The notes beneath the pieces are model-generated. The model was not told the DNA's origin and did no database searches. It worked only from the letters and a program-made list of their open reading frames with translations. Made by a program: the position numbers and the translations under genes. A stretch of 64,000 nucleotides of DNA, from IMG/VR virus record IMGVR_UViG_3300042567_000108, positions 15,357 through 79,356 of that record; one strand, given 5' to 3'. Below, piece by piece: positions 45,107 through 53,647 of the stretch. The stretch is from a virus. Each line of letters begins with the position of its first letter. The first letter of the stretch is position 1.

Positions 45107-46402
45107 CTAAGCGTTAGCAGTTATCTTGTTGTTGATGTCTACTGATTGTATCTTGTCCAACCTAGAGTATAGGTCGGGGTAGAGTCCATTGTTGGACACT
45201 ACATAGTCAGCAAACCACTCCCAAGATAGTGCGCCAAGTTTGACGTCATCTAGTCGTAGTTCCCTAGTGTATTCTACCATGGCTTGTGCTAAGTCTAGGG
45301 CACTTAACACGCCACTTGTTTTCATTGTGCCCCTGAAGAAGCGCAATTCTATGGTGTTCTTGTTCTGCGTATTGACGGCTGAGTATCTCTCTGTGCTGTG
45401 TCGGTCGGGGTTGCCGACCTTGTGCTTGATAGAGAATACGGGGCGGTCATACTCGTCAAAGGTGTACACATCATTGAACCTTGCGAAGCGTGACTTACGA
45501 CCCGCAAACTTCATCATGTGTGGTGCGTTGTGGTACACAAAGGCTATGAACCTATGCAAGTGTGCGCCACTACTAAATCCGTCACGACTTAGGTGTATGT
45601 GCAGACCACATGTGTCTGTATCCCACGACCTAGCGTCATAGTCCTTGCGTAGTGTCTCTATGGTATTCCATAGCGTTGCACTATTGTCGCGGTATTCTTG
45701 GTGCGTATGTGGGTGAGTAACTATCTCGAACCCACTAGTAATACTTCCGTCATGTTTGAGGTAGGCAGTACCTTGCAAGGCACTAGAAGCAAAGTACGCA
45801 CCCTCATCTACGCGTGGCATCTCTGTCTCTAGCTCAAAGCCGAGATACATCTTGCGCTTACTGACACCCTTAAAGATAGGTGCTGGCTTGCATGAGTAGT
45901 CGTGGATAGTACCGCTTGCGCGGTAGCCACGGCAACACTTACCCTCTACACTATCGCTCTCACGACAATCGCAAGGGTAATCATTGTGGTATGACTCATC
46001 ACAGTCATCACAGTAGTAGCAGTTATCAGAGAAGCAACTCTCACAGTATGGGTTATCCCCAACGTAGGTTGTACTCTCTGATGACGACTCGCAACAATTC
46101 TCACAGTAGTAACTGTAATTCTCGTAGCAATAGTCGCACCAATCCTCGTTATCTACTGTGTGGCTATTCTCACTAGGCATGCCGTCCTCACAGCGGTCAC
46201 AGTGACTAGCGCAACTTGTACACCAATACTCACCATTGACAATGATGTTGTCCTCAGTGTCGCGTATGTCGTTGCACTCATGGCAACTGAACACGCAATC
46301 GGTGCAGTAAGTGTAGTCGTTGAGGACTAACTCATCACCCGACTCTATCTTGTTAGAGCATGTGTGGCATGCTAAAGTCTCGTTATCCTCCATGTATCTC
46401 AC
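45107..46402 (-). CDS. Putative amidoligase (COOH-NH2 ligase) with N-terminal CxxC repeats
   Basis: GFELE, KHDGS, GFEIVTHP, TCGLHIH, RYSAVN, TIELR. Confidence 0.85.
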   Translation of the reverse strand: MRYMEDNETLACHTCSNKIESGDELVLNDYTYCTDCVFSCHECNDIRDTEDNIIVNGEYWCTSCASHCDRCEDGMPSENSHTVDNEDWCDYCYENYSYYCENCCESSSESTTYVGDNPYCESCFSDNCYYCDDCDESYHNDYPCDCRESDSVEGKCCRGYRASGTIHDYSCKPAPIFKGVSKRKMYLGFELETEMPRVDEGAYFASSALQGTAYLKHDGSITSGFEIVTHPHTHQEYRDNSATLWNTIETLRKDYDARSWDTDTCGLHIHLSRDGFSSGAHLHRFIAFVYHNAPHMMKFAGRKSRFARFNDVYTFDEYDRPVFSIKHKVGNPDRHSTERYSAVNTQNKNTIELRFFRGTMKTSGVLSALDLAQAMVEYTRELRLDDVKLGALSWEWFADYVVSNNGLYPDLYSRLDKIQSVDINNKITANA

Positions 46403-46437
46403 CCCCTCTCGCTGTATAGTCGTAGTATAGCATGGCG

Positions 46438-46626
46438 TTAAGCCTTTGTCAATTCTCTCGCGTTGTCTATAATTGCGTCCGCAATCTTTGAGCGCAAGCC
46501 TTGTACCTCTAGCACTAGGCTAGGGAAATCGTTGCGCTTATGGGTATCCTCTTGCAATCGTAGTGCAAGTCGGATAACCTCGACCTCACGTTGTGTAAGG
46601 TCTAACAATAGGTTATCGTGCGTCAT
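46438..46626 (-). CDS. Hypothetical protein
   Basis: ORF with GAGGGG RBS. Confidence 0.6.
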   Translation of the reverse strand: MTHDNLLLDLTQREVEVIRLALRLQEDTHKRNDFPSLVLEVQGLRSKIADAIIDNARELTKA

Positions 46627-46753
46627 AGTACCCCTCGTAACGGCGTAGTCTACGTTCTAACACATAGACTCTACGAAAGGCTATCAATAGTACCATGTTC
46701 ACCGATAGCAAGGCTATCATTAGGGCGAACATGTCACTTGTAGATAGTGTCAT
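46613..46753 (-). CDS. Small single-TM protein (46 aa, not in ORF track)
   Basis: MTLSTSDMFALMIALLSVNMVLLIAFRR..; GAGAGG RBS. Confidence 0.6.
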   Translation of the reverse strand: MTLSTSDMFALMIALLSVNMVLLIAFRRVYVLERRLRRYEGYYDAR

Positions 46754-46865
46754 GTCTAACCTCTCTCACAAGGACACCATGAGCCTAGATTAAGTTTGCC
46801 ACACTTAGGACAAGTCCAAAACCTATCCTTGCGTGGGTCGCTTTCACTAGCCACTTGATACCCCT

Positions 46866-46894
46866 ATCTTATCATGGGCTTGACGCTTTGTCAA
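46866..46894 (-). promoter_or_regulatory. Sigma-A-type early promoter P5
   Basis: TTGACA-N17-TAAGAT. Confidence 0.75.
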
Positions 46895-46899
46895 GTCGT

Positions 46900-46944
46900 G
46901 CCACGCTAGGTCGTGAACCTATGTAGCCTATCGCTAGGCGTGGC
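46900..46944 (-). ncRNA. Mini three-way-junction (tRNA-elbow-like) element, copy 1
   Basis: 7-bp closing stem, TAGC-GATAG-GCTA arm, TAGG-TTCACGA-CCTA arm. Confidence 0.5.
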
Positions 46945-46950
46945 GTAATT

Positions 46951-47274
46951 CTAGTCGTTCGCGTCTATGTGGACGCTAGGTAGCGTGGCGCGAAAGGTCT
47001 GCTCGCGTTCGGCTAGTGCAAGTTCACGCGCTAGGCGTTCTTGTGTGGCTTCATCAAGGGTAGGTAGTACGCGCTCAACCTTAGGGCGGTTGGTCGTGAC
47101 GGCATGGCGTGTGCGTGTGCGCTTAATGCGTACGGCTTTACCATGTTGCGTGTCCGTAAGTCGTGCCCCGATAGTGCCCAAGCGTCTATCAGACGCATGA
47201 ACCTTGCGTGGCGTGACTACGATACTACCTAAACCCCCGTAAGGGTTGTAGGTCAAGTGTCTATCCTCTCTCAT
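46951..47274 (-). CDS. Basic early protein
   Basis: First ORF downstream of the promoter cluster. Confidence 0.5.
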   Translation of the reverse strand: MREDRHLTYNPYGGLGSIVVTPRKVHASDRRLGTIGARLTDTQHGKAVRIKRTRTRHAVTTNRPKVERVLPTLDEATQERLARELALAEREQTFRATLPSVHIDAND

Positions 47275-47303
47275 GCTTAGCCTAGCAACATGCTAGGTCT
47301 AGT

Positions 47304-47346
47304 GTCGCGCTAGGTTGTGAGCCTAGTATAGCCTACGCTACGCGAC
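47304..47346 (-). ncRNA. Mini three-way-junction element, copy 2
   Basis: GTCGCG/CGCGAC stem, TAGC-GTAG-GCTA arm, TAGG-CTCACAA-CCTA arm. Confidence 0.5.
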
Positions 47347-47353
47347 TTGTCAA
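47325..47353 (-). promoter_or_regulatory. Sigma-A-type early promoter P4
   Basis: TTGACA-N17-TATACT. Confidence 0.75.
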
Positions 47354-47413
47354 GTCGGACACAATAGAGTCGTGTTACCCAACCCCGAGGGTCTGCTACT
47401 AGGTAACGAGTCA

Positions 47414-47442
47414 AGCCTATCATGTCTCTATTGACTTGTCAA
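47414..47442 (-). promoter_or_regulatory. Sigma-A-type early promoter P3
   Basis: TTGACA-N17-TAGGCT. Confidence 0.7.
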
Positions 47443-47488
47443 GTGATGACGCTCTAACTCTCGTTAGGTCTTTCACTTGTTGGAGATA

Positions 47489-47517
47489 ACTTTACACTAT
47501 CCCCTAGCCTTTGTCAA
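47489..47517 (-). promoter_or_regulatory. Sigma-A-type early promoter P2
   Basis: TTGACA-N17-TAAAGT. Confidence 0.75.
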
Positions 47518-47589
47518 GTCTCACGACTTGTCGGGCGTGTCGTACTTTGTGACCCTTTGGGGTTATTCCCCTATCCGATTACAAGACAA

Positions 47590-47618
47590 AGACTACACGC
47601 TCACCATGCCAAAGTCAA
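47590..47618 (-). promoter_or_regulatory. Sigma-A-type early promoter P1
   Basis: TTGACT-N17-TAGTCT. Confidence 0.7.
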
Positions 47619-47639
47619 GCCCGACACACGCTCAACCTT

Positions 47640-47655
47640 TGTGATTTAGGTCACA
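47640..47655. promoter_or_regulatory. CRP/GlxR-type binding site
   Basis: Perfect TGTGA-N6-TCACA just upstream of P1. Confidence 0.6.
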
Positions 47656-47718
47656 CCCCATAATCGCATACACGCATAGACGCTAAATAGAAAGGTATAA
47701 CCCAAGACCCCTAGAAGT

Positions 47719-47795
47719 CTGAGAGTTTCCTGAGAGTTTCCTGAGAGGATAACTACCTGAGAGTTTCCTGAGAAATTATTGTGTGCCCCCTGAGA
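47719..47795 (+). repeat. Phased (C)CTGAGA repeat array, six copies
   Basis: CTGAGA at 47719, 47730, 47741, 47757, 47768 and 47790. Confidence 0.85.
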
Positions 47796-47911
47796 AATTA
47801 CTGTGTCGGGTAGATAGTCGGTAAATAGATAAATACCTAAATAGATAACACGCTAAAGAGATTTATCGACAATTCATAGATACCCTAACCCTATACTAGA
47901 GACTTAGACAT

Positions 47912-48070
47912 TATGACCCCCGATTGTTTAATTCGAGTGCACGGGTCGGATATAGTATCCCATAAAAAATTTCTGTTATATAATACTATAGCCCCCCTAT
48001 ATATAGCCCTGACCAGGGCTTTTAAAAATATATTGGTTTCAGTTGTTCGGTTTTACGATTTGAACAGGTT
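47912..48070 (+). promoter_or_regulatory. Conserved pre-terminase cis block, copy B
   Basis: Same motifs and spacing as 8396..8553. Confidence 0.55.
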
Positions 48071-48215
48071 ATCTTATATGTATAGAAATACATATACGGA
48101 GTCGCTCCGTTTAAGACTCCGCGACTCTTATATATTATATAATATATTATATATATGGGGAAGTTCTGCCGTTAATCGGCCAGCGTTAAATGACTGTAAA
48201 TGATGGGGACAACTG

Positions 48216-50084
48216 ATGGGTAGAAAACCTGGGATTCAGAATATCCCTAAGCGCGAGGCGCAAGAGAAGGCCTTGCAGCAACTGAGTCAGGGTAGCACGA
48301 TTACCCAGGCTATGGCCTCCGTGGGCCGCTCAGATGTGGCATTCCGCCAATGGTCAGCAACTGACCCTGAGTTCAAAGCACGTGCCGAGGCTGCTCGCCT
48401 CGAGGGTAAAGGCATCAAGACTGACCTAAAGGAGCTGGGAGATATTTCCTTTCCAGACTTCTCTGAGCAGTTTCTAGACACTAAGCTCTTTGACCATCAC
48501 CTTGACTGGGTAGACCTAATTGAGGGCCGTGAGCCTCGCTGGTTAGACCCAGCCATGACCTACGAGCCAGGAGCGGCTAACCGTGTTCTCATTAACGTAC
48601 CGCCTGAGCATGCTAAAAGTACGGTCATTACGACTAACTACGTCGTTTATAAGATTGTTACCAACCCCAATGCGCGAGTCATTATTGTTTCTAAGACTCA
48701 GGGTATGGCTCGCAAATTCCTTGGCGCAATCAAAACAAGACTTTCCCACCCAGCCTACACCAAACTCCAAGTAGCCTTCGGCCCAAATGGAGGGTATAAG
48801 GCAGACTCAACACAATGGTCTGCTGACATGATTTATCTGGGTACAGGACGCGACTCTGGCGAAAAAGACCCAACGGTCCAGGCCCTAGGTATGGGCTCAC
48901 AGATTTACGGTGCTCGCGCTGACCTGATTATTATCGACGATGCTGTGATGGGCTCAAACGCCCACGAGTGGGAAAAGCAGCTCGAGTGGATTCAAAAGGA
49001 AGTTATTACCCGCCTTGGGCGACATGGTAAATTAATTATCGTTGGCACTCGAGTTGCACCAATTGACCTATACAAAATGCTACGTGACCCTCAACAGTGG
49101 TCTGGTGGCAAGTCACCCTTTACTTACTTTGCGATGCCTGCCGTACTTCAGTTTGACGAGAAGCCTGATAACTGGAAGACGCTGTGGCCTAAGACCACAA
49201 TGCAGGAGAACGAGATTGATGAGCCTGATGACAATGGACTTTATCCGAAATGGGATGGACCCTCTTTATTTACGCGCCGCTCTGAAGTTGCGCCATCTGT
49301 CTGGGCTATGGTCTACCAACAAGAAGACGTCCAGTCCGATTCTATATTCGCGCCAGCAGCAATTGCAGGATGTGTTAACGGTATGCGAAAGCGTGGACCG
49401 CTTAAACCAGGTGCTCCAGGGCACCCGCGCAGCGGAAACGCCACCTACACGGTAATTGGTTTTGACCCTGCCGTATCTGGTCGTTCAGCATTTGTAGCCG
49501 TAACTCTTAACCGAGATGACAGCACAATCTATGTACTTGACTGCGTCAACATGGCAGACCCTACTCCTCAAAAGGAGAACGCTTTAATTCGTGAATGGGT
49601 TGAGAGGTATAGCCCTCAAGAATTTCGTGTAGAAATTAACGCACACCAGAAGTACTATGCTATGGACACTGACTTGCGTAACTACCTAGCAAGTTATGGC
49701 TGTCAACTAAACTCACACTTTACTGGTAAAAACAAATGGGACACATCTTTTGGTGTGGCATCTATGGCTAGCCTTTTTGGTACTATCCATGATGGTCGCT
49801 ACCAAGACAATGGTTTAATCGAACTACCAAGCAATGAAGGCTCAGAGGGACTTAAATCTCTTGTACAACAGCTCATTACCTGGAAGCCAGATACCAAGAA
49901 CCCAACTGACTGCGTGATGGCTTTATGGTTTGCTATCATTCGTATACGTGAGTTGATGCAACAAAGCAGTAAAGTAGGTCAGTTCCAAAACAATCGCTGG
50001 GCAACCAGAAGTCAAAAACAACAACGCATGTCACTCAATCTTGATGAAGCCTTTGCTGAACAGTGGGCTGACACTTACGGATAA
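48216..50084 (+). CDS. terL: Terminase large subunit with N-terminal HTH extension
   Basis: NVPPEHAKS, LIIIDD, GFDPA, DCVMALW. Confidence 0.92.
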   Translation: MGRKPGIQNIPKREAQEKALQQLSQGSTITQAMASVGRSDVAFRQWSATDPEFKARAEAARLEGKGIKTDLKELGDISFPDFSEQFLDTKLFDHHLDWVDLIEGREPRWLDPAMTYEPGAANRVLINVPPEHAKSTVITTNYVVYKIVTNPNARVIIVSKTQGMARKFLGAIKTRLSHPAYTKLQVAFGPNGGYKADSTQWSADMIYLGTGRDSGEKDPTVQALGMGSQIYGARADLIIIDDAVMGSNAHEWEKQLEWIQKEVITRLGRHGKLIIVGTRVAPIDLYKMLRDPQQWSGGKSPFTYFAMPAVLQFDEKPDNWKTLWPKTTMQENEIDEPDDNGLYPKWDGPSLFTRRSEVAPSVWAMVYQQEDVQSDSIFAPAAIAGCVNGMRKRGPLKPGAPGHPRSGNATYTVIGFDPAVSGRSAFVAVTLNRDDSTIYVLDCVNMADPTPQKENALIREWVERYSPQEFRVEINAHQKYYAMDTDLRNYLASYGCQLNSHFTGKNKWDTSFGVASMASLFGTIHDGRYQDNGLIELPSNEGSEGLKSLVQQLITWKPDTKNPTDCVMALWFAIIRIRELMQQSSKVGQFQNNRWATRSQKQQRMSLNLDEAFAEQWADTYG

Positions 50085-50094
50085 GGAAAAAAAA

Positions 50095-50307
50095 ATGGCA
50101 AATCCAGTTAAAATTATTAAAGCAGTAGTTCGCGGAGTAGGCGGAATCTCAGGAAAGGGTGCAAAGAATGTTGACCCTGTTTACAGAGAGACTGGCAATT
50201 CTGTTAAGGTTATTAAGCCTGGAACAAAGCCTTTAACACAACCAAACGTTCCATACCACGCATTTGCTCCACGCAGCGCGGCAGACCTAAAGCGTATGGG
50301 TCTTTAA
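50095..50307 (+). CDS. Small basic protein (GIxxxG..VxxxY family)
   Basis: MANPVKIIK..GISGKGAKNVDPVYR. Confidence 0.7.
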   Translation: MANPVKIIKAVVRGVGGISGKGAKNVDPVYRETGNSVKVIKPGTKPLTQPNVPYHAFAPRSAADLKRMGL

Positions 50308-50316
50308 TTTTAACTA

Positions 50317-50529
50317 ATGGTAAAACGTACCGAAGTTAAAGTAAATAAAACACCCATTGGTGGCAACACACTCAAGGCAATGAAAATTGTTGATGAGTAT
50401 GTAATGCCAAAGTCTGCTGCCGATGTCGCATTTCTTGCTGTTGGTGGTCCTGGGCTTCGTGCAATTGGTGGCATCACAAAAAAGGGTGCTAAGTATGTAA
50501 ACAAAGTTTACAGGAACATGACTAAATAA
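50317..50529 (+). CDS. Small basic protein (GIxxxG..VxxxY family)
   Basis: GITKKGAKYVNKVYR. Confidence 0.7.
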   Translation: MVKRTEVKVNKTPIGGNTLKAMKIVDEYVMPKSAADVAFLAVGGPGLRAIGGITKKGAKYVNKVYRNMTK

Positions 50530-50554
50530 TTTTTGAATCTACGTTAGGATAACA

Positions 50555-50863
50555 ATGGTACTACCAATTGCAGGAATAGTTGCAGCAGCAAGACTTGCTC
50601 GTGCAGCACAAGTAGCAACAAGAACTGCCTCTGGTATTAAAACTGCTAAGACTGTAGAAAAAATTTATAGAGAAGGTTCTGCATCTCCAATTGTAAGTGC
50701 TCCAACAAAAAGTCAGTCACAGATTAATGCAGAAGGCATTGCTAAAGCAAGAGCAGCATTAAAGATGCCAGCTAAAGGAACTACAGCTGCAAAGAATGCT
50801 GATGAGGCACGCAAGCGTGCAGCAGAGGCTCAGTTATACAAAAGTAGAATTAAGGGTAAATAA
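50555..50863 (+). CDS. Small basic protein (same family, degenerate motif)
   Basis: MVLPIAGIVAAA..GIKTAKTVEKIYR. Confidence 0.7.
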   Translation: MVLPIAGIVAAARLARAAQVATRTASGIKTAKTVEKIYREGSASPIVSAPTKSQSQINAEGIAKARAALKMPAKGTTAAKNADEARKRAAEAQLYKSRIKGK

Positions 50864-52629
50864 TGGCATTATCAATGGAACAAGTTGCAGCGCGGGTCGA
50901 GAACCTTCGCTTCCGCAACGCTGAACGCGACGGTCGCAACCTAGACGTTCTTTCGGTCCGTAAAGGTAATATTGCATCTGTCTATCCTGACTTCTTCCCA
51001 GACGGAGTAGATGCTAACGTAGTTGCAAACTTTATTGACGTTGTCGCAAGCGACCTGTCAGAAGTTATGGCACCACTACCTGCGGTCAACTGTTCTGCTG
51101 CTAACTCTGTTTCAGATAGAGCACGTTCATTTGCTGATAAGCGCACACGTATTGCCTCTAATTATTTTTCACATTCTGACCTTTCAGTCCACATGTATCA
51201 AGGTGCGGACTGGTATATCACTTATGGTTTCCTCCCATTCTTTATTGAATTGGATGAGGAAGCAAAGTTGCCGCGCATCCGCCTAGAAAACCCTGTGGGT
51301 GCTTACCCAGAATTCGACCGCTACGGACGCTGCACTGCCTTTGCAAAACGTTACATGACCTCTTTGGCTGAGTTAGTTGCATTATACCCTGAGTACGAAT
51401 ACTCCTTGTTAGGTGGCTACGGCTACAAACAAGACTTAAATACTCAAGTTGAAATGATTCGTTACTACGACAAAGACCAATCAATCATCTATATCCCTAC
51501 AAAAAATAACTTAGTACTATCACGTGCTACAAATCCATTGGGTAAGATGATGGTTGTAGTGGCACGTAAACCATCTATTGATGATGAACTACGTGGACAG
51601 TTTGATGACGTTCTTGGTATCCAGTTGCTTCGCAATCGCTTTGCGTTGCTTGCAATGGAAGCTGCAGAGAAATCTGTACAGGCTCCTATCGTACTTCCAC
51701 AAGATGTGCAGGAGTTGCAACTTGGTGGCGATGCTGTTATCCGTACAGCAAACCCAGCAGGCGTACGCCGCGTAGAACTTAATATTCCAGCAGGTGCGTT
51801 TACTGAGCAGACCTTGCTTGGTCAAGAATTGCGTGTTGGTACACGTTACCCTGAATCACGTACAGGAAACATCAGTGCATCAGTTGTTACTGGACAAGGT
51901 GTTCAGGCTCTTATGGGAGCCTTTGATACACAGGTCAAGTCAGCACAAGCAATCTTTGCATCCGCACTGCGCGATGTAATCCAACTTTGTTTCCAAGTTG
52001 ATGAATTAATTTTCCCAGACGAAAAGACAATTCGTGGTGTAGACTCAGGTTCACCATATGAAATTACATACAACCCTAAGAAGGACATTAAGGGTGACTA
52101 CTCAGCCGATGTCCGTTACGGTATGTTGGCAGGACTTAATCCTGCACAGGGACTTATCTTTATGTTACAGGCACTTGGTGGTGGACTCATCTCCAAGGAT
52201 ATGGCAATGCGTGAACTTCCATTCACAGTTAACGTAACCCAGGAAGTAGAAAAGATTGAAATCGAGAGTATGCGAGCTTCGCTTCTCGGTTCCATTAATG
52301 CACTCTCTCAAGCGATACCACAGATGGCTATGCAAGGCCAGGACGCTTCTGAAGTTGTGCGACAGATTGCGGCTGTCATTAAGGCACGCCAAAAGGGACA
52401 GGCACTAGAGGACGTCATTGAAGAAGTCTTTACGCCACAGCCGCAACCAGTTCCTCCTGCTGGAGCCCAACAAGCGGTTGAGCAACCGTCCCCTGTTCCC
52501 GCTGGTGTTCCAGCAGGAGGCGCTACACCTGAAATTGAGGCAGCACCACCAGACATTATGAGCTTACTATCAGGTATTACTGGTAGTGGAAAGCCAACAG
52601 CAAGCGTTCGTTCAACGCGACGCATATAA
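50863..52629 (+). CDS. Portal protein
   Basis: Long identical stretches with 11106..12863. Confidence 0.85.
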   Translation: MALSMEQVAARVENLRFRNAERDGRNLDVLSVRKGNIASVYPDFFPDGVDANVVANFIDVVASDLSEVMAPLPAVNCSAANSVSDRARSFADKRTRIASNYFSHSDLSVHMYQGADWYITYGFLPFFIELDEEAKLPRIRLENPVGAYPEFDRYGRCTAFAKRYMTSLAELVALYPEYEYSLLGGYGYKQDLNTQVEMIRYYDKDQSIIYIPTKNNLVLSRATNPLGKMMVVVARKPSIDDELRGQFDDVLGIQLLRNRFALLAMEAAEKSVQAPIVLPQDVQELQLGGDAVIRTANPAGVRRVELNIPAGAFTEQTLLGQELRVGTRYPESRTGNISASVVTGQGVQALMGAFDTQVKSAQAIFASALRDVIQLCFQVDELIFPDEKTIRGVDSGSPYEITYNPKKDIKGDYSADVRYGMLAGLNPAQGLIFMLQALGGGLISKDMAMRELPFTVNVTQEVEKIEIESMRASLLGSINALSQAIPQMAMQGQDASEVVRQIAAVIKARQKGQALEDVIEEVFTPQPQPVPPAGAQQAVEQPSPVPAGVPAGGATPEIEAAPPDIMSLLSGITGSGKPTASVRSTRRI

Positions 52630-52643
52630 TCTAGGAGGGGACA

Positions 52644-53189
52644 ATGACTACGATTATTGGTGTTCAGCACGAAGACAAGTGTGTAATCGTAGCAGACAGT
52701 CGAATCAACGCTGCTGGTAAAGTTTACACTCACCCCGACATGACAAAGGCAGTTGAACGTGGAAGTTATATTATTTCTGGTGCTGGTAACTATCGTAGTT
52801 TACAAGTGGTACTCCATGGGTGGACGCCTCCACTAGTTACAGTAAAGGCTAAAGCAAACTTATACGAGTTTGCAATTAACAAAGTAGTGCCATCGCTTAA
52901 AGCGGCACTTACTGAAGCAGGCGTAGACTTTAATAAAACATCAGACGATGATGATAACAAGTTTGAACTAAGTCTTCTACTAGGAATCAATGGAACTATC
53001 TTTGAAATAGATTCTGATTTTTCAGTTGGAATGAATAACACAGGATTTTATGGTATTGGTTCTGGTGGTGACTTTGCAGTTGGAGCGCTACATGCAGGAA
53101 CTACAATGCTAGATGCAATGAGAATTGCAGCAGTTAATAATAACGAGACGGCTCCGCCGTTTCATATCTTTGAACAATTTACTAAGTAG
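52644..53189 (+). CDS. Proteasome-beta/HslV-like Ntn threonine protease
   Basis: N-terminal MTTII, ADSR, K near position 33, GIGSGG. Confidence 0.75.
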   Translation: MTTIIGVQHEDKCVIVADSRINAAGKVYTHPDMTKAVERGSYIISGAGNYRSLQVVLHGWTPPLVTVKAKANLYEFAINKVVPSLKAALTEAGVDFNKTSDDDDNKFELSLLLGINGTIFEIDSDFSVGMNNTGFYGIGSGGDFAVGALHAGTTMLDAMRIAAVNNNETAPPFHIFEQFTK

Positions 53190-53197
53190 GAGGAAAC

Positions 53198-53647
53198 ATG
53201 GCTGTAGAAAATCGTGGTGGTGCTAATGGTGGCCCACAGTATAGTCCTACTAATGTTTCTGGTACAGGCGGAGCGGGTCAATCTGGACGCGTAGCACAAG
53301 GTTATGCTTATGGCATGAACAAGCAGATTAACGACCAAGCCGCCGCTGCTCCTCTTGCTAAAGTTGCTGCAACCGTTGCACGTCCAATGGATGTAGCACC
53401 AACACAGCCACCTATTACTACATTAACCGAACCAACAATGAATCCTGATGAACCAATTACAGCAGGTATTAATATGGGCGCAGGTCCAGGTTCAGAAGCG
53501 CTTATGCTTCCAAGTGACGCTGACAACAATGCCGAGTTCAATAAGAGCATTGCATCATATTATCCAGTTTTAAGTTACATTGCTTCCCGTCCTAACACTT
53601 CATCAGAAACCCGTCGCGCACTAGCAACCTTGATGAATGGCATTTAA
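53198..53647 (+). CDS. Small Pro/Gly-rich virion protein
   Basis: Homolog of 13104..13517. Confidence 0.65.
   Translation: MAVENRGGANGGPQYSPTNVSGTGGAGQSGRVAQGYAYGMNKQINDQAAAAPLAKVAATVARPMDVAPTQPPITTLTEPTMNPDEPITAGINMGAGPGSEALMLPSDADNNAEFNKSIASYYPVLSYIASRPNTSSETRRALATLMNGI

Noticed and set aside
46900-47346. Genuine tRNA genes
   Set aside because: Only ~45 nt, with no anticodon arm or CCA and a non-canonical T-loop; reported as tRNA-like elements instead.
47719-47795. CRISPR or mini-CRISPR array
   Set aside because: Repeats are 6-11 bp with no unique spacers; no cas operon (the Cas4-like gene is a common solo phage nuclease).
47913-48203. 96-aa ORF as terminase small subunit
   Set aside because: Runs over the AT-rich cis block, lacks an RBS and has no counterpart in genome A.
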